Assembly (NCBI GenBank): GCA_038087875.1
Contig: CM075997.1
Location: 7,566,001-7,630,000, forward strand
Reading direction: 5' to 3'
Source: Malacoraja senta
Lineage: Eukaryota
DNA: 64,000 bases
A model generated the notes under the pieces. The model was not told where the DNA came from and ran no database searches. It saw nothing but the letters and a program-made list of their open reading frames with translations. The position numbers and the translations under genes are program-made. This document shows positions 25,303 to 40,123 of this stretch, piece by piece; the first letter of the stretch is position 1; every line of letters starts with the position of its first letter.

Positions 25303-28300
25303 TGCCCTGAACTCAACTGATCTCACAAATAAAATATTAAAATTCAAGACAAACCCATATCAGACTACTAGAGATGGTGTAAACATGGCTATAAATGACA
25401 TCAATATGATCTTTCACATGTCAGCTATCAAAGCTGACCTTGTGAAACAGAAGAGAAAAATTATGAACAAAACTCAACCATGAAAAATGGTTCGACCACG
25501 AGTGTAAAAGTATCAGAAAAGATATGAGGAAAATATCGAACCAAAAACACCGTCAACCAAACAATCCAGACTTACGCATTAGATATAATGAAACACTTCA
25601 AAGGTATAAACACACGATTAGGAACAAAAGACAAAATTACACTCACAAAAGACATGAAGAAATTGAAAATTCCATCATTCTAAACCAATTTTGGGATATG
25701 TGGAATAACCTGAGCACAAAAAAAACTACAAACATTACCAATTCAAGACGGTGATATCTGGAAAGCACATTTAAAAAAATCCATATAAAGTCATCCCAAT
25801 AAATATAATAAACTCAAATCATTCTTATATCAAAGAAAAACTCCAAACACTAGAATCAATAATTAAAGATTATCAAAACCCTCTTGATTTCCCAATTAAT
25901 TTGGAAGAACTGAACATAAAAATAAAATATCTTCACTCAAAGAAAGCCTGTGGTCCAGATAGCATTAAAAATGAAATACTCAAGTACAGCACTCCGGAGA
26001 TGCAGGACATAGTGCTCAGGCTGTTCAACATCATACTACGTTCAGGTTATTTCCCTGATATTTGGTGTCAAGGGATTATTTCACCCATTTATAAGAGTGG
26101 AAACAAACTTGACCCAAATAATTATCGCGGCATCTGTGTCAGTAGCTGCCTAGGGAAGTTATTCTGCAGTATCATAAATAATATAATTCAGGGTTTCCTT
26201 AACAAATGCAACATTCTCAGTAAAAACCAAATTGGCTTCCTCCGAAAACATCGTACCACTGACCACATTTATACCCTTCACACACTCATTGAAAGACATG
26301 TACACCAAGCAAAAAAGGGAAACAAATGTTTGCCTGTTTTATTCACTTTGAGAAAGCATTTGACTCTATTTGGCATGAATGGCTCTATTACAAACTCCTC
26401 TGTTGTGGTATAGGAGGAAAGGTATATGACCTTATCAAATCAATGTAACTGATTAATTAATGTGGCGTTAAAATTGGGGACAAATGCACTGATCTCTTCG
26501 CCCAGAGAAGAGGCTTCCGGCAAGGCTGCAATCTGAGCCCGACACTGTTTAATATATATATATCAACGATTTGGCACAGCGCCGGGCCCCTGTCTTCTGG
26601 ACGGAGAGGTAAAATCCCTGTTTTATGCGGATGACTTTGTTCTGCTGTCCCCCACAAAACAGGGACTGCAGCAACAGTTGTACCTACTTGATGAGTACTG
26701 CCAAAATTGGGCCCTGGCAGTAAATCTAAAGAAAAACAACATCATGTATTTTCAGAAAAGACCCAGATGTCAAGAAGATAAATACAAATTTACTCTCAAT
26801 TATATTATAATCGAACACACTATGAGCTATACTTACCTTGGTCTAACTGTTGCAGCATAGGGAGCTTCAATATGGCAGTGAATGCACTAAAAGAGAAAGC
26901 TCGAAGAACTCTGTATGCAATAAAAATAAGATTCTAACAACATTCAAATTCCAATTAAAATCTGGCTTAAATAGTTGACAGTGTAATCCAGCCTATTGCG
27001 CTTCATGGTAGTGAAATATGGGGTCCGCTCAGTCACCATAGTTATAGTAAATGGGAAAAACATATAACGGAGGCCCTGCATGCGGAATTTTGTCGGAACA
27101 TTCTTGGCATTCAAAGCAAAACACCAACAAACGCATGTAGGGCAGAATTAGGCAGATACCCACTGATAATAAATATCCAGAAAAGAGCATTAAATTTTTG
27201 GAATCACCTTAAATCTAGCCCCCCAGATACCCTCCAGTTTAAATCCTTTAAAACACAAGAGGGGAGCCCAGAAAAGAATTCCCTGTGTCAGTTGTTACTG
27301 AGGCTAACTACCCCGATTCCGTTAAACCCTATCCAGTTAAATCCTGACCAGCCTCAGGTCAATACTGATCCCCAATCACCAGTTAGAGTGAACCAAATTA
27401 TCAAACAATGTAAAGAAACGTATTTGGAACATTGGGATAAAAAAAACAAAAGCCAAAGCAGGTTAGAATGTTACCGTGCCCGAAGATTATAAATTGGCAG
27501 ACTATCTCTCAACTGTTAGAGACATAAAGCAGAGACAGACCCTCACCAAATATAGGCTAAGTGACCATTATTTGGCAGTGGAAAAAGGAAGACAGAAGAG
27601 ATTCTGGCAACCAAGAGATAACAGAATATGCTGCCACTGTTTGACAGATGGGGTTGAAACAGAGGTGCACTTCCTCCTAAAATGCAAAAAAATTGTCAAA
27701 ACAGGAAAACATACTTTGACAAACACAGTCTGGCAACCCCTGATTTTAAAGAACTAGATGATACATCAAAACTAAGAATAATCCTTGGTGAAAGAAATAC
27801 GGCACATCTTGGTACACAATACGTAACAGCATGCCATAACCGGAGAGAGGGCGAATGACCAATATGCACATATGTACGACATTAACTGACACTAAGAAAT
27901 TAATATTAAATTGCTAAACTTGCAATTCTGTTGGAAACATAGAAACATAGAAACATAGAAAATAGGTGTAGGAGGATTAATTCGGCCATTCGAGCCAGCA
28001 CCGCCATTCATTGTGATCATGGCTGATCGTCCACTATCAATAACCGGTGCCTGCGTTCTCCCCATATCCCTTGACTCCACTAGTCCCTAGAGCTCCATCT
28101 AACTCTCTCTTAAATCCACTCAGTGATTTGGCCTCCACTGCCGTCTCTGGCAGGGAATTCCATAAATTCACAAATCTCTGGGCGAAAAGGTTTTTTCTCA
28201 CCTCAGTCTTAAATGACCTCTCCTTTATTCTAAGACTGTGGCCCCTGGTCCTGGACTCGCCCAACATTGGGCACATTTTTCCTGCATCTAGCTTGTCCAG

Positions 28301-30495
28301 TCCTTTTATAATTTTATATGTTTCTATAAGTTCCCCCTAATCCTTCTAAACTCTAGTGAAAACAAGCCTAGTCTTTTCAATCTTTCCTCGTATGACATTC
28401 CCGCCATCCCAGGGATAAATCTCGTGAACCTACGCTGCACTGCCTTAATCACAAGGATGTCCTTCCTCAAATTACGAGACCAAAACTGTACACAATACTC
28501 CAGATGTAGTCTCACCAGAGCACTATACAACTGCAGAAGAACCTCTTTACTTCAATACTGAAATCCTCTTGTTATGAAGGCCAACATTCCATTAGCTTTC
28601 TACACTACCTGCTGTACCTGCACGCCAACTTTCAGTGACCGGTGTACAAGGACACCCATGTCTCGCTGTACCTCCCCCTTACCTAACCTAACCCCATTGA
28701 GATAATAATCTGCCCCGTTGTTTTTGTCGACAAAGTAGATAACCTCTCATTTATCTATATTATACTGCATCTGCCACGCATCTGCCCACTCACTCAACCT
28801 GTCCAGGTCACCCTGCAACCTCCTAACATCCTCTTCACAGTTCGCACTGCCACCCAGCTTTGTGTCATACGCAAACTTGCTAATGTTGCTCCTAATTCCC
28901 TCTTCCAAATCATTAATATATATGGTAAACAGTTACGGCCCCAACACCGAGCCTTGCGGCACTCCACTCGCCACTGCCTGCCATTCTGAAAAGTACCCAT
29001 TCACTCCTACTCTTTGCTTCCGGTCTTCCAAACAATTTTCTATCCATGTCAGCACCCTACCCCCAATACCATGTGCTCTAATTTTAGTTACCAGTCTTCC
29101 GTGCGTGAGCTTATCAAAGGCTTCCTGAAAGTCTAGATACACTACATCCACTGGCACCCCTTCATCCATTTTACTTGTCACATCCTCAACAAATTCCAGA
29201 AGATTTGTCAAGCATGATTTCCCTTTCATAAATCCATGTTGACTTGGACCAATCCTTTTACCGCTATCCAAATGCCCCATTATTACCTCTTAAATAATTG
29301 ACTCCAGCATCTATCCTACCACCGAAGTCAGGCTAACTGGTCTGTAATTACCCTTTTTCTCTCTCGCTCCTTTCTTGAAAAGTGGGATAACATTAGCAAT
29401 CCTCCAGACCACAGGAACTGATCCTGAATCTATTGAACATTGGAAAATGATCACCAATGCGTCCACTATTTCTAGAGCCACCTCCCTGTGGACCCATGGG
29501 ATGCAGACCATCAGGCCCAGGGGATTTATCATCCTTCAGTCCCATTAGCTTCCCCAATACTATTTCTCGCCTAATGAATATTTATTTCAGTACCTCTATC
29601 CCCTTAGATCCTCTGTCCTCCAGTACATCTGGGAGATTGTTTGTGTCTTCCTCAGTGAAGACAGATCCGAAGTACCTATCAAATCTTCTGCCATTTCCTT
29701 GTTGCCCATAATAATTTCACCCGTGTCTCCCTTCAAGGGACCCACATTTGACTTTGCTACTCTTTTTCCCTTAACATATCTAAAGAAGCTTTTACTGTCC
29801 TTCTTTATATTCCTGGCCAGCTTCCCCTCGTACTCCATCTTTTCAGCCCGTATTGCCCGTTTTGTTATCTTCTTTTGTCCAATGAACGTTTCCCAATCTT
29901 CTGGCTTCCGGCTACTCTTTGCTGTGTTATACATCTTTCCTTTTCGTTTTATTCTATCCCTAACTTCTCTTGTCAGCCACGGTTGCCTCCTACTCCCCTT
30001 AGAATCTTTCTTCCTTTTTGGAATGAAATTATCCTGCGTCTCCCGGATAATGCCCAGAAATTCCTGCCATTGCTGTTCCACCGTCATTCCTGCTAGGATC
30101 CCTTTCCAGTCTACTTTGGCCAGCTCCACTCTCATGCCTTCATAGTCCCCTTTGTTGAACTGCATCACTGCCACTTCCGATTTAACGTTCTCCTTCTCAA
30201 ATTGCAGGTTAAAACTAATCATATTATGATCACTACCTCCAAGCGGTTCCTTTACCTCGAGTTCTCTTATCACTGCTCACAGCTGCAAGAACGTGTCGCA
30301 ATTAATAAAGGGCTATAGGCCTATTGCGAGTTGATGTACAGGGACATATCTATTCATGCACTGTATACTTGTATTTATACTTATGCATTTTAAATATGTA
30401 CGTCATGTTCTATACTTTGGCAATATAGCAATGTATTTTTTATCATGCCAATAAAGTTTTTAAATTGAAAAATTGAAAAATTGAAATTGAATTGA
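25303..30495 (+). mobile_element. Decayed RTE-X-like LINE whose 3' UTR is interrupted by a CR1 (27934-30272)
   Basis: KKACGPDSI, NNYRGICVSSCLGKLF, NQIGF...TTDHIYTL, RQGCNLSP, YADD and a C-terminal ICCHC...VETEVHFLLKC Zn motif. AATAAA and an (AATTG)n tail at ~30450-30495. Clade assigned from memory. Confidence 0.75.
27934..30272 (-). mobile_element. CR1 LINE, ~2.3 kb, 5'-truncated
   Basis: EPLGGSDHNMI (end of APE), NYRPVSLTS, YLDFQEAFDK and SGVPQGSVLGP motifs. (TTTCTATG)n tail. Same subfamily as 19218-21480. Confidence 0.93.
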
Positions 30496-30496
30496 A

Positions 30497-30656
<160 letters not shown>

Positions 30657-31098
30657 AAGTTATGAATGTCAGTTTAATCAGGCTCCACGTGAACTTGTAC
30701 ACCTCATTAAGGTCACACCTCATGATCCTACTCTCCAAAGGAAAAGGACATAGTTTATCCAACCTCTCCCCATATCAAGTCTGCCATTGTTCTAATGTTC
30801 TATGGACTCTGGTAACATTCCTGGTGAATCTCATTTGCACCCTTTCAAACTCAGTGGCATCCTTCCTGTGGCTTGTGTCCGCTTGCCCATGAAGGCAAGA
30901 GTCATCTTCACCCGACTGACCACTTTTAGGGAACCATGCATAGAGTCATACTGCACGGAAATAGACCCTTCGGCCCAACTTGCCCATTCTGACCAGGATG
31001 CCCCATGTACACTAGATCCACCTGCCCGTGTTTGACCCACACCCCTCTAACACCCTCCTGTCCATATACTTGTCCAAATGTACTTCAACTGTTGTTAT

Positions 31099-31345
31099 GG
31101 TAGACAAAAATGCTGGTGAAACTCAGCGGTTGAGGCAGCATCTATGGAGCGAAGGAAAATGTCAACGGTTCGGATCGAGACCCTTCTTCAGACTGATGTG
31201 CGGGTAGGAGGGAGGGGGCGGTAAGAAGAAAAGGAGAGGCGGTGAGAGTGTGCTGTGGGAGAGCTGGAAATGGGAGGGGAATGAGGGAGAAAGCCTGAAA
31301 TTGGAGAAGTCGATGTTCATACCGCTGGGGTGTAAACCACCATGT
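31099..31345 (-). mobile_element. Penelope-like element 3' remnant
   Basis: Encodes LHPSGMNIDFSNFR (compare 46100-46143) and carries the CTGAAGAAGGGTCTCG repeat end. Confidence 0.75.
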
Positions 31346-31364
31346 GATACGTGATTCAACTCAC

Positions 31365-31510
31365 ACCTACGGCAGCTAATTCCACCTACCCACCACCCTC
31401 TGTCTAGTGGGGAATCGGAGCACACGGATGAAACACACGCAGCCACGGAGAGAACATGCAAACTCCACATAGTCTGCACCCGAAGAGTGGATCGAACCGG
31501 GGTCAATGTG
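31365..31510 (-). mobile_element. V-SINE/HE1-like SINE fragment
   Basis: Plus strand reads GGAGAGAACATGCAAACTCCACA...GGATCGAACC, the V-domain and B box in reverse. Confidence 0.6.
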
Positions 31511-32009
31511 TAGTAATGGTAAAATATACCATCTTTAGAGATATCTAACTTTATTGGAATTAAATTTATGAACAATATATTATGAAAATGTGCACAGATA
31601 ATCTGTCTGATGCAAACATATCGAGCGACGTCCCATCAAACTATAACAGTAACCAGGAGATACAAGAACTTCAGATGCTGGTTCAATAAAAAAGACAAAA
31701 ACAATGCTGGAGTAACGTAGCGGGTCAGACAGCATCTCTGGAGAACATGGATATGTGGCGTTTTGGTTTGGACCCTTCTGCAAACTGATTGTATTGGGAG
31801 GTGTGAGGAAGTTTGACAGAGGGGCAGGACAAAGTGTGATGAGGTGAAGGGATGTGTTGAAAAGCACTAGATTAATGATCAATGGCATAGAGTCATTCAG
31901 CGGGGGAACAGGCTCTTCGGCCCAAGTTGCCCACTCCAACCAACATGCTCGATCTGCACTATTGCCAACTGTCCGCGCTTGGCCCGTATCCCCCGAAACC
32001 TATGTAACC

Positions 32010-32711
32010 TATCCTATTTAAGTTTCTGGGCACCTATATCTGCAATAATCTAAAATGGCACATCAAAGCAGACCACATCATCAAGAAAGGACAACAACGC
32101 CTATACTTCCTCAGACAGCTCAAAAACTTCAGAGTCCACAAACACCTCCTGGTCCGTTTCTATCAATCCATCAGTGAAAGCATCATCACCTCCTCAATCA
32201 CAGTCTGGTACGGAAACACTGACAGTCACTCACTACACAGAATACAGCGCATTGTCTCCAAGGCCTCTAGGATCATCAACCCTCCCCTCCCCTCAATCCA
32301 AACCATTTACCTCCAACGTACCTCAAAATGGGCAATAAAGGTCATCTCGGACCCCTCCCATCGAGCAAACCACCTTTTCCAGTCTCTCCCTTCAGGGAGG
32401 CGCCTTAGATCACTTGCTACAAAATCCACCCGCTTTAAAAACAGTTTCTTCCCCTCAGCAATAAGAACACTCAATTCCCTCCAATAACAGACAATATTAA
32501 GGACTTTTGATGTATACAGTGTCTTGTCTATGGTCTTTGTCTGTTCTTTTGCACTATGTATTGTTGGTGAGATTTGTGATTTGTGATGTGGTATGGATGC
32601 ACTTTATTACTATGATCTGTGTTGTTATTAGTGTTAATGTGATTAAAGCAGTGTACCATCATGTACCGAACCCAAATACCAACAACCCTGGTCGTGTGGC
32701 AAATAAAGATT

Positions 32712-32712
<1 letters not shown>
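32010..32712 (+). mobile_element. Rex1/Babar-like LINE 3' fragment
   Basis: Translates to KFLGTYICNNLKW...[14 protein letters not shown]...LPSGRRLRS. AATAAA lies just before the (TATC)n tail. Confidence 0.8.
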
Positions 32713-33686
<974 letters not shown>

Positions 33687-34674
33687 TTGTAACCTATCCT
33701 GGTGCAAGATGGCGCGGCCGGGTTCAGTCGCCGTCGTGGTAGCTCCGCGGAGATTGTGCGTTTTTTTAACTAGTATGTTCATTTTACATTTATTTCTTAC
33801 TACTGACACATTAGCACTAACAATGTACGACCGGAATCACTCTTAAAACTAAACTTTAGCGTAACCCAAGGCAGTGGAGGAAATCACTATCAAAACATGG
33901 GGGGACACAATTTTTTGGCGCCGCACGCGCATGTGTGCAAAAACACAAACACCAACACACAAGCGCCGATTCAAGCTCCGCTCTATGATCTTTGCTCCAC
34001 CAGGATGTCTCCCTCCTCCATTCACAGCGCTCTATGCTCAGTCCCACCCCCCTACTACCGCCTCTGACTGACACCCTCCTCCAATCATCGCGCTGAATCA
34101 TCATGGTCCCCCCAACTGCCTGCTCACCGACATCTCTCTCGTCCAATTGGCGCCCTAGACCATCAGTACCACCCTCACTGTCTCGCGGAGAACGGAGATT
34201 TTTAATATATTTTGTTCACCGCGATTCAAAATACGGCAGAGTTCACAAGCGCGCCGTGGCAAAAACAATGTGAGGAAAAAGTCGGGGAAAATATCGAGGC
34301 ACGTGGGGGGGGGGGGGGGGGCGAGGGGATTCGGAATAGGCTCAAAGCTCAAGCCTTCCGTCCACCTCTGCCCAGCATTATTCCGGCTAACTTCCAGTCC
34401 CTGGAGAACAAGTTGGTTGACCTCAGGGCGAGGATCAGATTCCAGCGTTTTCCGTGCGGACAGAACAGAAGAATCCGGGAAATCAAAGGGTGGGGGAGTT
34501 GCTTCATGACCAACAATAACTGGTGAAACCCTGGAAGTATTAAGACGCTTTCTCATTCTTGTCCCCACACCTGGAGCATCTGACGATCTCATGCCGTCCA
34601 ATTTACCTTCCCCGTAGTTCAGCTCATTGATCATCGCAGCCGTCTACATAGCACCGCATGCGGACACCGACTGT

Positions 34675-36000
34675 CATAGAAACATAGAAACATAGAAAAT
34701 AGGCGCAGTAGTAGGCCATTCGGCCCTTTGAGCCTGCACCGCCATTCAATATGATCATTGCTGATCATCCAACTCAGTATCCTGTACCTGCCTTCTCTCC
34801 ATACCCCCTGATCCCTTTAGCCACAAGGGCCACATCTAACTCACTCTTAAATATAGCCAATGAACAGGCCTCAACTACCTTCTGTGGCAGAGAGTTCCAG
34901 AGATTCACCACTCTCTGTGTGAAAATATTTTTCTCATCTCGGTCCTAAAGGATTTCCCCTATATCCTTAAATTGTGACCCCTTGTCCTGGACTTCCCCAA
35001 CATCGGGAACAATCTTCCTGCATCTAGCCTGTCCAACCCCTTAAGAATGTTGTAAGTTTCTATAAGATCCCCCTTCAATCTTCTAAATTCTAGCGAGTAC
35101 AAGCCGAGTCTATCCAGTCTTTCTTCATATGAAAGTCCTGACATCCCAGGAATCATTCTGGTGAACCTTCTCTGTACTCCCTCTATTGCAAGAATGTATT
35201 TCCTCAGATTTGGAGACCAAAACTGTACGCAATACTCCAGGTGTGGTCTCACCAAGACCCTGTACAACTGCACTAGAACCTCCCTGCTCCTATACTCAAA
35301 TCCTTTTGCTATGAATGCTACCATACCATTCGCTTTCTTCACTGCCTGCTGCACCTGCATGCCTACTTTCAATGACTGGTGTGTAGCGGCCTGAACGAGG
35401 TCAGTAAAAGGCCAGACGCCAGACGGATTCAATTAGCAGACTTTAATGCTTACAACGAGAGCACACCACACACACACCTCGAGAGCACTAAATCCAGGGT
35501 CGACTGGAAACCCCGTGGCAGACCAGTCCCCTGTCCTTCACTCGGCGAGGGGGATGATCCAAGGAGTGGCTTACCCCCCAGGGGTCCGCCACATGACCCC
35601 CCCCCAAGTACCCGAGACACGAAACGGACAGGAGGCCGTACACGGCGGCCAGCGCGGGTACACACCATGCCCTGCCCCGGAACAGGCAACTGACACCCAG
35701 GTCTCTTTGCATCTCCGCTTTTCCTAATCGGCCACCATTTAGATAAAAGTCTACGTTCCTGTTTTTGCCCCCCAAAGTGGATAACCTCACATTTATCCGC
35801 ATTATACTGCATCTGCCATGCATTTGCCCACTCACCCAGCCTATCCAAGTCACCTTGCAGCCTCCTAGCATCCTCCTCACAGCTAACACTTCCCCCCAGC
35901 TTCGTGTCATCCGCAAACTTGGAGATATTGCATTCAATTCCCTCGTCCAAATTATTAATATATATTGTAAACAGCCATTCTGAAAAGGACCCGTTTATTC
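34675..36000 (-). mobile_element. CR1 LINE nested in the Rex1 element and itself interrupted at 35382-35690
   Basis: KFADDTKLGG and [14 protein letters not shown] motifs with a (TTTCTATG)n tail. Confidence 0.92.
35382..35690 (-). mobile_element. One-ended Gypsy fragment: 3' LTR (35382-35593), PPT and integrase C-terminal tail
   Basis: TGTAGCGG...CCGCCACA inverted termini; a G-run PPT on the minus strand at ~35597-35605; TRAGRRVRPPVRF motif typical of Gypsy integrase tails. Confidence 0.75.
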
Positions 36001-38899
36001 TATCGGTCCTATACCATGTCTTATGTCGGCATTAGAACAAGAATGACGACGGGGCTATGGTGGTGGCTGGAGATTTTAATAAGGCAAATCTCAAAAAGGT
36101 TATGCCTAACTTCTGCCAACACATCACGTGTGTCACCAGGGGGAAAAACTTTGGACCACTGCTACACGCCGTTCAGGAAAGGCTACAAGGCCGTTTCTCT
36201 CCCTCCTTTTGGAAAATCTGACCGCGCTGCCATTTTCCTGCTGCCGGAGTATAAACAACGGATAATACGGGAAGCGGCAGTGACGAGGGACGTAAAGCGG
36301 TGGTTTGACCATTCAGAGGCCATGCTGCAGGATGCACTGAGCGATGTCGACTGGAATATGTACCAATCAAGTTCCAGAGACGTCAGTGAGTTCGCGGAAG
36401 AGGTCACGGACTTCATTGCAACAATTGCCGATAACATCGTCCCCATGGTAAGGGTTAGCATCTTTCCTAACCAAAAGTCCTGGGTGGACAGGTCCATTCG
36501 CGTTGCCTTGAATGCTCGCACCGCTGCTTACAACTCCGGCCTGGCATCCGGCAATATGGATGAATAAAAGGCAGAGACCTACAGACTGCGAAGGGCGGTG
36601 AAGGACGCAAAAAGGTACAGGGACAGGATGGAGTCGCAGACGGAGCAGCAGGACACCAGACGCCTTTGGCAGGGGCTACCGACTATAACTAACTACCGGA
36701 GCAGCCCCCGCCCCATCCACTGGGAGTGCCGGCACCTCCCTAGTTGATGACCTGAACTCTTTTTACGCTCGATTCGGGACGGGCAACATCACCCCTAGCT
36801 CGCCGGCTAACAACAACACCGCCAGCGCGCTGGCTAGCGAGGCTGGTGGGAGGTCCACCGCTGGGAACGTGCATACATTCTCGGTGTCCGAGCACGACGT
36901 GAGGAGGACTCTGACGCGTGTGACCATGGGGAAAGCAGTAGGCCCAGATGGTATATCTGGGCGAGTACAAAAGTATTGTGCTAATCAGCTTGCTCCAGTG
37001 CTCATCACAATATTCAACCTCTGCCTAGACAAGTCTGTGGTCCCTGCCAGCTTTCAAAAAAAAAGATCCACCATTATACCAGTGCCAAAGAATGCCTCTC
37101 CAGCCTGCTTGAATGATTACCCACCGGTGTCCCTCACCTCGGTGGTCATGAAATGCTTCGAGAGGCTGATCAAGAACTACATCTGCGCCTTCCTCCATCG
37201 CACCATGGACCCGCTGCAGTTCGCATACCGTCCGAACAGATCCACGGATGAGGCGGTCTCCCAGGTTCTGCACACCACCCTCTTTCAACTTGACAGCAAG
37301 AAGGGGGGCTATGTGAGGATGCTGTTCATAGATTTTCAGTTCAGCTTTCAACACCATAGTCTCCACCAGACTTGTGGAGAATCTGCTGGAACTGGGACTG
37401 AACACTCCCCTGTGTGCCTGGGTCCTGGACTTTCTCAACGCCATGCCCCAGGTAGTCAAAATGGGGAGACATACCTCCAACCCCCTCATACTGAACACAG
37501 GATCCCCAGTGTTGCGTGCTTAGCCCCCTACTGAACTCCCTGTACTCACATGCCTGTGTGGCCAGGTTCAGCTCCAACTCCATCATGAAGTTTGCTGATG
37601 ACACTGTGGTGGTGGGCCTGATCTCCGATAACGAGGAGGAGGTGGCTGACCTGGCACTCCTATCGGGAGGAGGTGGCTGACCTGGCACTCTGATGTCAGA
37701 ACAACACCATCCTCTTGAATGTCACTAAAACTAAGGAGCTGATTGTGGACTTTAGAAGGGCTCAACATCCGAGGAGGTACACGCCACTGGAGATAAATGG
37801 GTACACTGTGGATAGGGTGAGGACCTTTCAAATTCCTGGGAGTCCGCATCACAGAGGATCTGACATGGACTACACATACTGCCGCACTGGTGAGTAAGGC
37901 AAGGCAGCGCCTTTACATCCTCAGGCAGCTGAGGAAATTCAGAGTCTCTCTGAGGATCCTCCAGTGCTTCTACTCTGAGGCTGTAGAAAACATCTTGTCC
38001 GGTAACATCGCAATCTGGTTTGGGAACAGCGCTGCCCAGGACAGGAAGGCTCTGCAGAGAGTAGTGCGTTTGGCCGAATGCACTATAGGAACTACACTCA
38101 CCCCCCTGCATGACCTGTACAGCAGGAGCTGCAGATCCAGAGCCAGGAACATCATGAAGGACCCCTACCTCCCCAGCAACGGACTGTTCCAGTTGCTACG
38201 GTCAGGCAAGCTCCTCCACTCTCACGCTGTGATAACAGAGAGGATGAGACGGAGTTTCTTCCCACAGGCCACCAGAACAGTAAACTCGTATCTCACCAGG
38301 GACTAATTTACTATTGTGTCTTTTTTCTAAAATAAAAATACTGATTCTGTTCTCGTCTGTTCTTTTGTTCTGTTGTTTTTGCACAATCCGCAGGAATTGC
38401 CACTTTCATTTCGCTGCACACTTGTATGTGTATGTAACAAATAAACTTAACGACTTGACTTGAACTGACCGGTCTGGACAAGCCTTTGATTACATTATTG
38501 TTTCTTTCCGAGGCAGCCTTAAGTGTAGATGGAATCAACTAAGCGACGTCTAATCCATGTGATAGATTAGGCTACATTTATAAATGTGTAATTTCTCACG
38601 GTCTTGGCAGACCCGTTCCCAATCCAAACTGTGGTACAACCCGATAATATGCTTTCTACGGTGCACACCGAGAAGCTTGTAGGAGTCACTAGATGTAGAT
38701 TGATGATGCATGTGAACCAATCACACTTAGCCAGCATCACTAACTCCACCCCATTATAACATTTATACTAACGCCTATTCCAAGCACCGTTAGTTGAAGC
38801 AGCTAGGATGTACTGACAACACCTCGTTTTGTAATGCTGCCAAGTTACTGTGCTGATTAAAGATGTGTGTAAATCTTATACAGTCTAAAGTGATTTACA

Positions 38900-38948
38900 T
38901 GGTGTCAGAAGTTGGATCCGAACCCACGCCTCCAATTGGGGACCAGAA
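38900..38948 (-). other. Captured 3' half (positions 38-76, including CCA) of tRNA-Leu(CAA), forming an extended PBS
   Basis: Reverse complement is TTCTGG TCCCCAATTGGAGGC GTGGG TTCGGAT CCAAC TTCTGACA CCA: 3' anticodon stem, long variable arm, T arm, acceptor strand and CCA. Confidence 0.9.
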
Positions 38949-38949
38949 T

Positions 38950-39964
38950 TGGTCGTCGCTGGCTGCGGACATTTTCGAATGGTGCGGTAAGCACTACCTC
39001 GTTCTGGTCGACTCTTTTTCCAACTGGTTTGAACTTGACCAACTTACCTCCCTCACGTCTGAGATGGTCATCAAGAAGCTGAAAAGACACTTCTCAGCCT
39101 ATGGCGCTCCTGTCATCCTGAGAACCGACAACGGTCCACAGTTCACCAGCCACTTTGTCAAGCTTTTCGCAGACCGATGGAACTTCCAGCACGTCACAAG
39201 CAGTCCCGAGTATCCACAGATTAATGGACTCGCTGAACGCGCTGTCAGAAGCGCCAAGCACTTGCTGGAGGGAGCGCGCATTTCAAAGTCAGACGTCTAT
39301 CTCGATCTTCTGAATCTCAGAAACATCGCAAGAGACGGAACCTTGGGGTCACCAGCACAGCGTCTGCTGTCGAGGGTGACGAGGTCTCCGGTCCCCATCG
39401 CACAACAGCAGCCGGTCCCTCGGGTGTTGAAGCCCGCCACTATCCAGCAACGTCTCCAAGAGAAGCACGACATCCAGAAACGGTCATACGACAGTTCCAG
39501 CAGAACACTCCAGCCTCTACTGCCGGGCCAGGTCGTCTGTCTACGAACTTCAACTGGACATTCTCGTCTGGGCGTTGTTGTACGCCCGACTGATGAGCGG
39601 CGATCGTACCTTGTGCACTGTGAGGGAGCGGTATACCGGAGAAGTCGACAACACCTGCTTGCTGTGAAGGAGCCCCGACCACCGCCTGCTGATCCCTATG
39701 CTCCGCCGCTCCAGTTCCAGCCGCCTTTCGCAATGTCTCGCGCCCGTCCCCGCATGCCTTGCACCCCCACGTCCCTCGGTCTCCACTAACCACGGGGTTA
39801 CACCTACCGCATGTTTCCCCCATCGGTCACCACAATCCTCTCCCGTGCGATGTTCACCTTCAGCCTCTCCGCCTAATCCTTCAGTGGAGGGAGTGGATGG
39901 TTGGGTCCGCACGCGCTCGGGCCGTGTTCGTAGACCACCAGACAGGTATGGCGAGTATGTTTAA
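38950..39964 (+). pseudogene. Gypsy integrase core and C-terminal tail, N-terminally truncated
   Basis: ADIFEW...LVLVDSFSNWFE, TDNGPQF, NGLAERAVRSAK and TRSGRVRRPPDRYG. Highly similar to the integrase at 5860-7116. Confidence 0.9.
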
Positions 39965-40123
39965 TACAATTCCTTTCCACATTTAATCTTTAGGGGGAAG
40001 GATGTAGATTGATGATGCATGTGAACCAATCACACTTAGCCAGCATCACTAAATCCAGCCCATTATAACAATTATACTAACGCCCATTCCCAGCACCGTT
40101 AGTTGAAGCAGCTAGGATGTACT

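Larger units (their letters stand above)
33704..38468 (+). mobile_element. Near full-length decayed Rex1/Babar LINE with a nested CR1 (34675-36000)
   Basis: 5' CAAGATGGCG start; [61 protein letters not shown]; (GACTT)n tail. Confidence 0.88.
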
